A DNA stretch of 64,000 bases, from positions 584,008-648,007 of the forward strand of contig JBFWNU010000001.1 in NCBI GenBank assembly GCA_050250895.1, in the 5' to 3' direction. Every line of letters starts with the position of its first letter. Position 1 is the stretch's first letter. The position numbers were made by a program, and so were the translations under genes. This stretch comes from Vulcanimicrobiota bacterium (GTDB taxonomy: Bacteria; Vulcanimicrobiota; Xenobia; Xenobiales; JADMJV01). The notes below the pieces were generated by a model. The model did no database searches. It was not told the origin of the DNA and saw nothing but the letters and a program-made list of their open reading frames with translations. Below are positions 48,924 through 57,989 of this stretch, one piece after another.

Positions 48924-50192
48924 GTGAAAACGCAAAGCAAACCAGCCCCCAAAGCGCCGGCTAGCAAACCCGCTGCCAAACCGGCTCCCACCCCAACCCC
49001 CAGACCCGCCCAGGGTCAAACCCAGAAACCGTCCGGCGACACCAGACAACTCACGCCCGAAGCCGCCAAGCCCGAAGAGAAATCGAAGTTCAGCCTGTCG
49101 TCTTTCGCCAGCAATTGGCTTGGAATGGGCGGTGATCAGCCGGCCAAGTCCGAGACAGGCCAGCCCAAGGCCGACACGGGCCAGCCTAAGGCCGAGACAG
49201 GCCAAACGCAGACCTCTCAAGCCGAGGAGCAACGGGCCAAACTGGGGGAAGCGCTCGGAGACAAAACCATGCGTCGAGGCCAGAAGGACGACCCTCACGT
49301 CGAGGCCCTACAAAAGGCTCTCAACGAGAAGATGGGCACCGAATTGACTCTCGACGGCGACTATGGTCGAAACACCCAGAAGGCGGTCGAGGATTTCCAG
49401 CGTCAGAACGGCTTGAACCCTGACGGCATCTTTGGCCCCGACACCCGGGACAAACTGCTGGGCCCCTCGGCCAATCAGCCCGAGCCAAAGAAGGACGAGC
49501 CAGCTCCGGCGCCAGCCAACAATGAAGAACTGGCCAAGGCTCTGGGCGACCAGACGCTGCGCCAGGGAATGAAGGACAACCCCCAGGTCGAGGCACTGCA
49601 GAAAGCCCTAAACGATAAGCTGGGGCTCGAGCTGACCACGGATGGCGACTATGGTCGCAACACCCGCCAGGCGGTCGAGGATTTCCAGCGCCAGAACGGC
49701 TTGAACCCTGACGGCATCTTCGGTAGCGACACTCGCAACAAGTTGTTGGGCCGCGAAGGCGACCCCAAGACCGGCCAGGCCGGGCCCACTGGCCCGGTGG
49801 CCGACAAGTACGCCAAATACGCCCAGCACCAGGAACTGCTGGCCCGGGCCATCGCGGCCGAAGCGCGCGGGGAGCCGTTCGACACCCAGGTCGGCGTGGC
49901 TCAGACCATCATGAACTACGCCGATAAGTTCGGCAAAAACCTGCCCAAGCTGATCAACAGTCCCTATCTCTCGTCGAGTCGCGACGGCAACAAGAAGTTC
50001 TACACCATGCCGACCAGCAAGATCGCCGGCTGGGACAAGTTCTACAAAGCCGCTGGCGACGCCCTGGCGGGCAAGTCGAAGGTCGGTGCCAATCGCATCT
50101 ACTTCCACGATGACAGCATCGGGGCCCCGCGGTGGGTCAACAAGAGCAGCGCCCTGAAATTGGGCAGCATGATCTTCTACACCGGCAAGTAG
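48924..50192 (+). CDS. Cell-wall hydrolase (SleB/CwlJ-like) with two peptidoglycan-binding domains
   Basis: GGAG RBS; two DGDYGRNT..AVEDFQRQNGLNPDGIFG domains 288 nt apart; LLARAIAAEARGEP catalytic motif; IYFH. Confidence 0.85.
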   Translation: MKTQSKPAPKAPASKPAAKPAPTPTPRPAQGQTQKPSGDTRQLTPEAAKPEEKSKFSLSSFASNWLGMGGDQPAKSETGQPKADTGQPKAETGQTQTSQAEEQRAKLGEALGDKTMRRGQKDDPHVEALQKALNEKMGTELTLDGDYGRNTQKAVEDFQRQNGLNPDGIFGPDTRDKLLGPSANQPEPKKDEPAPAPANNEELAKALGDQTLRQGMKDNPQVEALQKALNDKLGLELTTDGDYGRNTRQAVEDFQRQNGLNPDGIFGSDTRNKLLGREGDPKTGQAGPTGPVADKYAKYAQHQELLARAIAAEARGEPFDTQVGVAQTIMNYADKFGKNLPKLINSPYLSSSRDGNKKFYTMPTSKIAGWDKFYKAAGDALAGKSKVGANRIYFHDDSIGAPRWVNKSSALKLGSMIFYTGK

Positions 50193-50220
50193 GTTCTTTT
50201 AAGGCTGGCGGACTAGTCTG

Positions 50221-51147
50221 TTGGGAGTGAACAAGCTCTCTCTGGTCAAGATTCGCGATCTCTTGCTCGAGCGTCCGATGACGCCCGGGCTCCCCTCGCA
50301 TGTGTCGGCCGCCAGCGGATTGGTGACAGAGGGTGACACGGCCTATGTGGCTCCCGATGATTCGCTGCACCTGGGCGTCTTTTGCGGTCCGGGGCCCGGC
50401 CACGGGCTCAGACTCTTCGACCGGCCAGACTTGCCGGCCGACGAGAAAGAGCGCAAGGCGGTCAAGCCCGACCTCGAGAGCCTGGCCCGATTCCAGGCTC
50501 CCAACGGACCTTTGCTGGTCAGCTTTGGGTCTGGGTCCAGGCCAAATCGACGGGAAGGAGTGGCCGTTCGACTCGATCAGCAGGGGCGCCCCACGGGAGA
50601 GGTCCAAACGATCGACCTCAGCCCGCTCTATCTGCATCTGGAAGAGACCTTTCCTCGCCTCAACATCGAGGGCATCGCGCCCTGCGGCGAGCGCTTTCGC
50701 CTGGTCCAGCGCGGCAACGGTGAAGACCGTCAAAACGCCGTCATCGACCTGGACCTCCAGGCCACCCTCACGGCTATCGTCGAGGGCAGGCCCCTGGGGC
50801 CGGAACTGCTGGTGAGTCAGCGCCGGGTCGACCTTGGCCAGACCCTGGCCGACGTGCCCTGGACCTTTACCGACGTGACCAGTTTCGATCACGGCAGGAC
50901 CCTCTTCGCGGCCGCCGCCGAGGCCACCGCCAGCACCTACGAAGACGGCCAGATTTTGGGCTCTCTGGTCGGTGTGCTCGAGGCCGATGGCAGTCTCGGC
51001 CCGACCTGGCAACTCGACCTTCCCGTCAAGGTCGAGGGGCTCGATGCGCGGGAGACCGCCACCGGCTGGAACCTGCGGATGGTGACCGACCCCGACGACC
51101 CCGAACGCGCCGCCGAGATGTTTTCGGCCGACCTGGGCCCGGTATAA
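50221..51147 (+). CDS. Hypothetical beta-propeller-like protein (DUF6910/DUF6929-like)
   Basis: VSAASGL, KPDLESL, FGSGS..NR, LNIEG, KVEGL, TDPDD. Confidence 0.65.
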   Translation: MGVNKLSLVKIRDLLLERPMTPGLPSHVSAASGLVTEGDTAYVAPDDSLHLGVFCGPGPGHGLRLFDRPDLPADEKERKAVKPDLESLARFQAPNGPLLVSFGSGSRPNRREGVAVRLDQQGRPTGEVQTIDLSPLYLHLEETFPRLNIEGIAPCGERFRLVQRGNGEDRQNAVIDLDLQATLTAIVEGRPLGPELLVSQRRVDLGQTLADVPWTFTDVTSFDHGRTLFAAAAEATASTYEDGQILGSLVGVLEADGSLGPTWQLDLPVKVEGLDARETATGWNLRMVTDPDDPERAAEMFSADLGPV

Positions 51148-51154
51148 CAATTAG

Positions 51155-52123
51155 GTGGCCTATCGCACGATTCTTGCCCTGCTGCTGGCGTTGCTGAGCC
51201 TGCCCGGGCTGGCTCAAACACCTGCCAGTGGCTATGACACCGAGCGACGCGAACGAGAAGACCGCCTGCTGGTTCCGACGGAGCAGGCCGAAGCTGTGTG
51301 GAACTTCATGCGCGACCGATTTCTGGCCGACCACACCTTCATTCAGAGCCTGGATCCTCGCTTTACTTCGACGGCGGCCGAAGAGCTTTTCACCGACACC
51401 TACTATGACGTGCCCGAACTGAAGGCTCTGGCGATGCAAGCCGGCATTCGCCACCGTCGCCGCGTCAACCTCACCAACCCGGAGGACCGCAAGAGCGGGC
51501 GCGAACTCGTTCAGGTCAAGCTATCAGGAGAGGGAGGCGCCGGTCTCGAGCGGAGCGAGTTCAAATACGAAGTACGCAGCGGCCGCGGGACCGGCAAGCC
51601 CCTGGACAATCATCCTTTATTGGGCCTGATCAAGCGGCCGCAACGCGAGGAATTTATCAAGCGAGTTCGAGCGGCGGGTCTCGACCCTTTGGTGATGCGC
51701 CCCGTGCTCACCATTGTGGACCGGCGTCAGCGCATCTACCTACTGCGCGACGGTCAGCCCTACATCTCGATGACCCTCGACACGGCCACCACCCAACTCT
51801 ACGGAGTCGAGGCCCGCTTTGTCGAGTTCGAGCCCGAGCCCGGCGAGATCATCTTCACCGAGGCCAGCCCCGAAGAGCAGCAGGCGATGGTGGCGGTCAT
51901 CGACCGCATCATCAACGAAATGACCACCAATTTCCCCGACCTCAAGCGAGACCTGACCCCCAAATACAATAAGATGTTCCAACGGCTGGAAGCCAGGCAG
52001 CCGATGCTGCGGCAACTGGCTCCGATTACGCCTGACGAACTCTTCTCCATGGTACTGGCTGGCCTCAGCCTGTTGGCCGCAGCGGCCTACTTCCTCTATC
52101 GACTGACCCGCCAGAGAAACTGA
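51155..52123 (+). CDS. Exported, membrane-anchored CYTH-like protein
   Basis: Signal peptide; ERE, DTYYD, IRHR, VQVK, TLD, VEFE, KY motifs; C-terminal TM. Confidence 0.7.
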   Translation: MAYRTILALLLALLSLPGLAQTPASGYDTERREREDRLLVPTEQAEAVWNFMRDRFLADHTFIQSLDPRFTSTAAEELFTDTYYDVPELKALAMQAGIRHRRRVNLTNPEDRKSGRELVQVKLSGEGGAGLERSEFKYEVRSGRGTGKPLDNHPLLGLIKRPQREEFIKRVRAAGLDPLVMRPVLTIVDRRQRIYLLRDGQPYISMTLDTATTQLYGVEARFVEFEPEPGEIIFTEASPEEQQAMVAVIDRIINEMTTNFPDLKRDLTPKYNKMFQRLEARQPMLRQLAPITPDELFSMVLAGLSLLAAAAYFLYRLTRQRN

Positions 52124-52360
52124 TCGAGATCAAGTCTCTAGCGGCCATTTGGCGGTATGCTTTCTAAGTGGCGCCTGGGGGCTTGCGCCGCATCGTCGAA
52201 TTCGACCATCTACTCCTCTGGATCTTGTGCCGGACTCTCAGGTCCGGCCTCTTCTTTTGCTGCGGAACCACCCTAAAAACCTGTTTCATCCTCGCCTGCC
52301 CCGGGAAATGGTTAGACAGGGCAGCCACTGCCCTGATTTTCCACATGAAAGGGGTTTTCC

Positions 52361-53068
52361 GTGAACAAGGTATCGACGCTCGAGCGGGCGATGGAGCACC
52401 TGCGCGACGGGATGACCCTGATGATGGGCGGCTTCGGGCTGTGCGGTATTCCCGAAAACCTGATTCGCGCGCTGTTGGCTAACGGCGCCAAGGACCTGAC
52501 CATCATCAGCAACAACGCCGGAGTCGACGACGCCGGCATCGGCCTGCTCATCAAGAACGGCCAGGTAAAGAAGATGATCTCGAGCTACATCGGCGAGAAC
52601 AAAGCCCTCGAGACCCGCATCATCGAAGGCACCATCGAGGTCGAGCTCAATCCTCAAGGCACCCTGGCCGAGCGCGTGCGCGCTGGCGGCGCCGGAATTC
52701 CCGCTTTCTACACCCCCACCGGGGTGGGCACCAAGATCGCCGAGGGCAAAGAGACTCGCGAATTTAGCGGTCGCAAGTTCTTGCTCGAACAGGCCCTGCG
52801 CGCCGATGTGGCCTTCATCAAAGCTTACCACGCCGATACCCACGGCAACCTGACCTATCGCAAGACGGCCCGCAATTTCAATCCGGTCATGGCGACCGCG
52901 GCCGAGATCGTCATCGCCGAGGCCGAAGTGGTGGTCGAAGCCGGCCAACTCAACCCCGACACCATCGTCACCCCCGGTGTCTTCGTGGACATGGTCATCA
53001 AGGGAGAAAACTATGAAAAACGAATCGAACAAAGAACGAATCGCCCGAAGAGTCGCTCAGGAACTTAA
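52361..53068 (+). CDS. scoA: 3-oxoacid CoA-transferase subunit A
   Basis: GGFGLCGIPE, SNNAG, PQGTLAER, ARNFNP. Confidence 0.93.
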   Translation: MNKVSTLERAMEHLRDGMTLMMGGFGLCGIPENLIRALLANGAKDLTIISNNAGVDDAGIGLLIKNGQVKKMISSYIGENKALETRIIEGTIEVELNPQGTLAERVRAGGAGIPAFYTPTGVGTKIAEGKETREFSGRKFLLEQALRADVAFIKAYHADTHGNLTYRKTARNFNPVMATAAEIVIAEAEVVVEAGQLNPDTIVTPGVFVDMVIKGENYEKRIEQRTNRPKSRSGT

Positions 53069-53672
53069 AGACGGCTACTACGTCAACCTGGGCATCGGCA
53101 TCCCCACCCTGGTGGCCAACTACATCCCCGACGGGATGACGGTCGTGCTCCACTCCGAGAACGGCATGCTGGGGATTGGACCCTTTCCGTTTGAAGGCGA
53201 AGAAGACGCCGACCTCATCAATGCCGGCAAGCAAACCATCACCGAGATCGATGGCTCGTCCTATTTTCACTCGGCCGATTCCTTCGCCATGGTGCGGGGG
53301 GGTCACATCGACCTGACCGTCATCGGGGGCATGGAGGTGGACGAAAGGGGCAATCTGGCCAACTGGATGATTCCTGGCAAGAAAGTCAAGGGGATGGGCG
53401 GGGCCATGGACCTGGTAGCGGGCTCTAAGCGGGTCATCATCGCCATGCAGCACGCCGCCCCGGACGGCTCGCCGAAGCTGCTCAAAGAGTGCACTCTGCC
53501 GCTGACCGGCGAGGGCGTGGTCGACATGATCGTCACCGACATGGCCGTCATCGAGGTCACCCCGGAGGGATTCTTGCTCAAAGAGGTAATGGAGGGCTGC
53601 ACCGTCGAGGCCGTTCAGGCGGCCACCGGCGCCGACCTCAAAGTCGACTCTAGCCTCAAGGTGGTGTCGTAA
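53013..53672 (+). CDS. scoB: 3-oxoacid CoA-transferase subunit B
   Basis: VNLGIGIPT, catalytic SENG, GMGGAMDL; ATG 53013 after GGGAG. Confidence 0.93.
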   Translation: MKNESNKERIARRVAQELKDGYYVNLGIGIPTLVANYIPDGMTVVLHSENGMLGIGPFPFEGEEDADLINAGKQTITEIDGSSYFHSADSFAMVRGGHIDLTVIGGMEVDERGNLANWMIPGKKVKGMGGAMDLVAGSKRVIIAMQHAAPDGSPKLLKECTLPLTGEGVVDMIVTDMAVIEVTPEGFLLKEVMEGCTVEAVQAATGADLKVDSSLKVVS

Positions 53673-54854
53673 ATGGAGACCATGACCCGACCGAACGAAT
53701 TCATCAGCCAGAGCCATCTGCTCGAACCTCGTCACCTCGAATGGCGGTCGCGTTTGCGCTCGTTCATTCACGAGCATGTCGACCCCATCTCGGCCGAATA
53801 TGAGGCTAGCGAGAAGTTTCCTCGTGAACTGCTCAAACGAATGGGGCAGGAGGGCTTCCTGGGCGTTCCGTTCGCCAAGCATTACGGCGGCCAGGGCCTC
53901 GACTCGCTGTCGCTGGCGATGGCCGTGGAAGAATTCTCGCGAGCCTGGGGCTCTCTGGGCATCATCGTGGCTGCCCACATTGGCCTGGGTTCGAACCCGA
54001 TCAACATGTGGGGCAACGAAGAGCAGAAGGCCAAGTATCTGACCCCCCTGGCCAAAGGCGAGCGCCTGGGCGGCTACGGCCTGACCGAGCCTCAAGCCGG
54101 CTCGGACTCGGGAGCCACCAAGACGCGCGCCGTCCTCGAGGGTGATCACTGGGTCCTCAACGGCGGCAAAGCATGGTGTACTAACGCCACCGAAGCCTAC
54201 AGCTACGTGGTCAGCGCCGTCACCGACCCCGAGCAAGGTCACCACGGCATCTCGGCCTTCATCGTCGAGCGCGACTTTCCGGGCTTTTCTTTCGGCAAGA
54301 AAGAAGACAAGATGGGACTGCGAGCATCGGCCACCGGCACCCTGATCTTCGAAGACTGCCGCGTGCCCGTCGAAAACCTGCTGGGTGAGCGCGGTATGGG
54401 CTTCAAGTATTTCATGCAGACCCTCGACGGTGGCCGCATTACCATCGGCGCCATGTCGCTGGGTTTGGCCCAGTGCGTGCTCGACGAGATGATTGAAGCA
54501 CTGCGCGGTGAAGAGTTGCTCGACGACCTGTGGGACAACGAGTACCGGCTGGCCCCGCTGGCCGAGATCGCCACCGAGGTAGCGGCTGCCCGCCACATGA
54601 TCTACAACGCGGCCCTGCAGAAAGACAACCTGCCCCGCTGGACGCTGGATGGGGCTTACGCCAAGTTCTTCGCCTCCGAGGTGGCCATGCGGGCCACCGA
54701 CAAGGCCGTCGCTCATCTTGCCGACCTCGGCCTTTCGATGAACTCGAAAATCAGCCGCGCCTTCCGTGATGCCAAGTTGTGCACCATCGGTGAAGGCACC
54801 AACGAAATCCATCGGGTGGTCATCGCCCGCGAAATTCTGCGCAACTTGCACTAA
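53673..54854 (+). CDS. Acyl-CoA dehydrogenase (atypical C-terminal half)
   Basis: GLTEPQAGSD, KMGLRAS, IGEGTNEI; lacks RxQFG and QxxGGxG. Confidence 0.9.
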   Translation: METMTRPNEFISQSHLLEPRHLEWRSRLRSFIHEHVDPISAEYEASEKFPRELLKRMGQEGFLGVPFAKHYGGQGLDSLSLAMAVEEFSRAWGSLGIIVAAHIGLGSNPINMWGNEEQKAKYLTPLAKGERLGGYGLTEPQAGSDSGATKTRAVLEGDHWVLNGGKAWCTNATEAYSYVVSAVTDPEQGHHGISAFIVERDFPGFSFGKKEDKMGLRASATGTLIFEDCRVPVENLLGERGMGFKYFMQTLDGGRITIGAMSLGLAQCVLDEMIEALRGEELLDDLWDNEYRLAPLAEIATEVAAARHMIYNAALQKDNLPRWTLDGAYAKFFASEVAMRATDKAVAHLADLGLSMNSKISRAFRDAKLCTIGEGTNEIHRVVIAREILRNLH

Positions 54855-54866
54855 ATAGGAGATCGA

Positions 54867-56036
54867 ATGACATTGACCAAAGAAGCCGCCGGAATGTGTT
54901 TCGAACTGTCTGAGGACCATCGCATGGTCCAGGACATGGTTCGCAAAATGGCCAACGAGCATATCGCCCCGCGGGCGGCCGAGTACGACCGCACCCGGGA
55001 GTTCCCCTGGGAGAACGTCAAGAAGCTGGCGGAGTTAGGCCTGATGGGCGTGACCGTGCCCGAAGAGTTCGGCGGCTCGGGAATGGACTCGCTGGCTTAC
55101 GTGCTGGTGATCGAAGAACTGTCACGAGCCTGCGCCTCGACCGGCGTCATCACGGCCGTGCAGAACTCGCTCGGCGAATACCCGCTGATGGCCTTCGGCA
55201 CCGACGAGCAAAAGCGCAAGTATCTGCCCATGATGGCCAGCGGCGAGAAGATCGCCGCCTACGCCCTGACCGAGCCCGGCTCGGGCTCAGACGCAGCCGG
55301 CATGGCCACCACCTGCCGCCTGGAGGGCGACCACTGGGTGCTCAACGGCCAGAAGAACTGGATCACCAATTCGACCGCCGCCGAGTTGTTCATCGTCTAC
55401 GCCACCAAAGACCCGGCCTTGGGCCACAAGGGCGTGTGCTGCTTCATCGTCGAGAAGGACTTCGAGGGCTTCTCGATCGGCAAGCACGAAGAGACCATGG
55501 GCGTGCGCGCCTCGGGCACCTGTCCACTGGCCTTCGACAATGTCAAAGTGCCCAAGGAGAACCTGCTGGGCGAAGAGGGCAAAGGCTTCAACATCGCCAT
55601 GGCCGCCCTTGACACCGGCCGCGTGGGCATCGCCGCTCAGGCAGTGGGTATCGCCCAGGCAGCCCTGGATGAGGCCATTAAATACTCCAAGGAGCGCCAG
55701 CAATTCAAGCGCCCCATCTCGAGTTTTCAGCTGGTCCAAGAGATGCTGGTCCACATGGCTACTCACATCGAGGCCGCTCGCCTGATGGTCTATCGCGCCG
55801 CCATGAAGCGCGACAGCGGCGACAAGTTCACCAAAGAAGCCTCGATGGCTAAATGGTTCGCTTCGGAAGTGGCCGTGAAGGCCGCCCTGGATGCCATCCA
55901 GGTGCACGGAGGCTACGGCTACTCGAAAGAATATCCGGTGGAGCGCTTCTTGCGCGACGCCAAGGTGACCCAGATCTACGAGGGGACCTCGGAGGTCCAA
56001 AAACTGGTCATCGCCCGCCAATTGCTGGCCGATTAA
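54867..56036 (+). CDS. Acyl-CoA dehydrogenase (short/branched-chain, Bcd-like)
   Basis: ALTEPGSGSDA, ERQQFK, QVHGGYGY, IYEGTSEV. Confidence 0.95.
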   Translation: MTLTKEAAGMCFELSEDHRMVQDMVRKMANEHIAPRAAEYDRTREFPWENVKKLAELGLMGVTVPEEFGGSGMDSLAYVLVIEELSRACASTGVITAVQNSLGEYPLMAFGTDEQKRKYLPMMASGEKIAAYALTEPGSGSDAAGMATTCRLEGDHWVLNGQKNWITNSTAAELFIVYATKDPALGHKGVCCFIVEKDFEGFSIGKHEETMGVRASGTCPLAFDNVKVPKENLLGEEGKGFNIAMAALDTGRVGIAAQAVGIAQAALDEAIKYSKERQQFKRPISSFQLVQEMLVHMATHIEAARLMVYRAAMKRDSGDKFTKEASMAKWFASEVAVKAALDAIQVHGGYGYSKEYPVERFLRDAKVTQIYEGTSEVQKLVIARQLLAD

Positions 56037-56063
56037 GTTTAAAAAGACAAAAGGAGAATATCG

Positions 56064-56849
56064 ATGAAGATCATCGCCTGTGTCCGTCAAACCCCGGACA
56101 CCGAGACACTCATCAAGATCGGTGGCGACGCCAAGTCGATCGACGCCAACGGCGTCAAGTACGTGCTTGGCCCTTACGACGAGTATGCTCTTGAAGCCGC
56201 CGTCCAGATCAAGGAAAAGAGCAGCGGTAACGTGACCGCCGTTTCGGTAGGCCCGGCCCGGGTTACCGAAACCCTGCGCCAGTGCCTGGCGGTGGGCGCC
56301 GATGCGGCCGTCCATATCAACACCGAGGGCAACGAAACCGACGATGCCCTGGTGCTGGCTAAAGCCCTGGCCGAGCAGATCAAGAAGATCGGCGACTACG
56401 ACATCGTCTTCACCAGCAACCGTGGTGCCGACAGTGATCGTGGCGCGGTCGGCCCGATGCTGGCCGAGTTGCTGGGCCTGCCCTATGTGGGTCTGGTAGG
56501 TTCGATCGAAATCGAAGGTGGAGCCGCTGTCTGCACCCGCGACATCGAAGGCGGAGCCCAGGAAAAGTTCAAGGTCAATCTTCCCGCCGTCGTCTGCGCC
56601 CAGAAAGGTATCCGGGGCGAGCCCCGCTACGCCTCGCTGATGCAGATTATGAAGGCCAAGAAGAAGCCCATCGAGACCACCACCCTGGCTGACCTGGGTG
56701 TGGACGCGGGCTCGCTGACCCATGTCACCATCGAGAAGATGGAATATCCGCCCGAGCGTCCCCCCGGACGCGTCATCGACGGCGCCGACCTCGACGCCAA
56801 GATCGATGAACTGGTTCGCCTGCTGCGCGACGAGGCGAAAGTTATCTAA
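56064..56849 (+). CDS. etfB: Electron transfer flavoprotein beta subunit
   Basis: VRQTPD, PYDEYALE, EPRYASL. Confidence 0.95.
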   Translation: MKIIACVRQTPDTETLIKIGGDAKSIDANGVKYVLGPYDEYALEAAVQIKEKSSGNVTAVSVGPARVTETLRQCLAVGADAAVHINTEGNETDDALVLAKALAEQIKKIGDYDIVFTSNRGADSDRGAVGPMLAELLGLPYVGLVGSIEIEGGAAVCTRDIEGGAQEKFKVNLPAVVCAQKGIRGEPRYASLMQIMKAKKKPIETTTLADLGVDAGSLTHVTIEKMEYPPERPPGRVIDGADLDAKIDELVRLLRDEAKVI

Positions 56850-56864
56850 GGAGACACCAAGACC

Positions 56865-57848
56865 ATGGCTAACACTATCTGGATTGTAGGAGAACCCTCG
56901 GGCGACGGACTTTCCAAGCCCACTACCGAGTGCCTGGGCGAAGCTCGTCGGGCCGACTCGGGCGCCAAAGTGGTCTGCGTGCTCATCGGCAAAGGCGCCA
57001 AAGCCGCCGCCGCCAGCGCCGGTCACTATGGTGCCGACGAAGCGATGGCTTGCGACCAGGACAAATACGACCTGGCCGCCCAGGCCGAAACCCTGGCCAA
57101 AGCCATCGAAGGCAACACCCCCGACCTGATCCTCTTCCCGGCCACCACCCACGGCAAAGAGCTGAGCGCCCGCATCGCGGCCCGCTTCGGCACCGCCCTG
57201 GCGGCCGAGACCATCAACGTCACCTTCGGGGCCGACGGCGACCCTCGGGCCGTGCGTCCAATGTACGCCGGCAAGGTCCGCGCCACCGTCAAACTATCGG
57301 GTCCCAAGCCTCGCGTAGCTAGCCTGCGCCCCAACGTGGTCAACGCCCTCGAGGCCGACACCAGCAAGAGCGCCAGCGTCAGCGACCTGGCCGCGGCTGC
57401 TCCGGCCAAGCCGGGCGCCGAGCTGGTCGAGACCACCGTCAAGGGCGGAGCCAGCGGCCAGGTCGACCTGTCCGAGGCCTCCATCGTGGTTTCAGGTGGA
57501 CGTGGGCTCAAAGGCCCCGAGAACTTCCACCTCATCGACTCGCTGGCCAGCGCTGTTGGCGGTGCGGTCGGCGCCAGTCGCATGGTGGTCGATGCGGGTT
57601 GGAAAGAACATCGCTACCAGGTGGGTCAAACCGGTAAGGTGGTCACTCCCGACCTCTACATCGCCGTGGGTATCTCGGGCGCCATTCAGCACCTGGTCGG
57701 CATGCAGAACTCGGGTTGCATCGTGGCCATCAACAACAACCCCGAAGCGCCCATCTTCAAAGTGGCCGACTACGGCATCGTGGGCGACCTCTTCGAAGTC
57801 GTGCCCAAGTTGACCGAAAAGCTCAAGGGCGTGGCCGTCAACGCGTAA
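56865..57848 (+). CDS. etfA: Electron transfer flavoprotein alpha subunit
   Basis: VSGGRG, QVGQTGK, GISGAIQH. Confidence 0.96.
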   Translation: MANTIWIVGEPSGDGLSKPTTECLGEARRADSGAKVVCVLIGKGAKAAAASAGHYGADEAMACDQDKYDLAAQAETLAKAIEGNTPDLILFPATTHGKELSARIAARFGTALAAETINVTFGADGDPRAVRPMYAGKVRATVKLSGPKPRVASLRPNVVNALEADTSKSASVSDLAAAAPAKPGAELVETTVKGGASGQVDLSEASIVVSGGRGLKGPENFHLIDSLASAVGGAVGASRMVVDAGWKEHRYQVGQTGKVVTPDLYIAVGISGAIQHLVGMQNSGCIVAINNNPEAPIFKVADYGIVGDLFEVVPKLTEKLKGVAVNA

Positions 57849-57882
57849 CCAACCGGTAGCGGCAGATCGAAGACGGTAGGAG

Positions 57883-57908
57883 CGGAGGCCTGTGGGCCTC
57901 CGTTTTCT
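57883..57908 (+). terminator. Intrinsic terminator after etfA
   Basis: CGGAGGCC-TGTG-GGCCTCCG-TTTTCT. Confidence 0.85.
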
Positions 57909-57989
57909 GTTGCCAAACATGCAACAATCGAGACACACTTTCGGGGGCCGGAACGTGATACTCCATGGCTAGCAACAAAGGAGAACGCC

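Noticed and set aside
49250-49750. Direct DNA repeat at 288-nt offset
   Set aside because: Explained by tandem peptidoglycan-binding domains within a gene.
53013-53068. 56-nt scoA/scoB overlap as a possible programmed frameshift
   Set aside because: scoB has its own RBS and ATG; separate subunits are normal in bacteria.
52998-57152. 654-aa and 621-aa minus-strand ORFs
   Set aside because: Antisense to scoB, the ACADs and etfBA.
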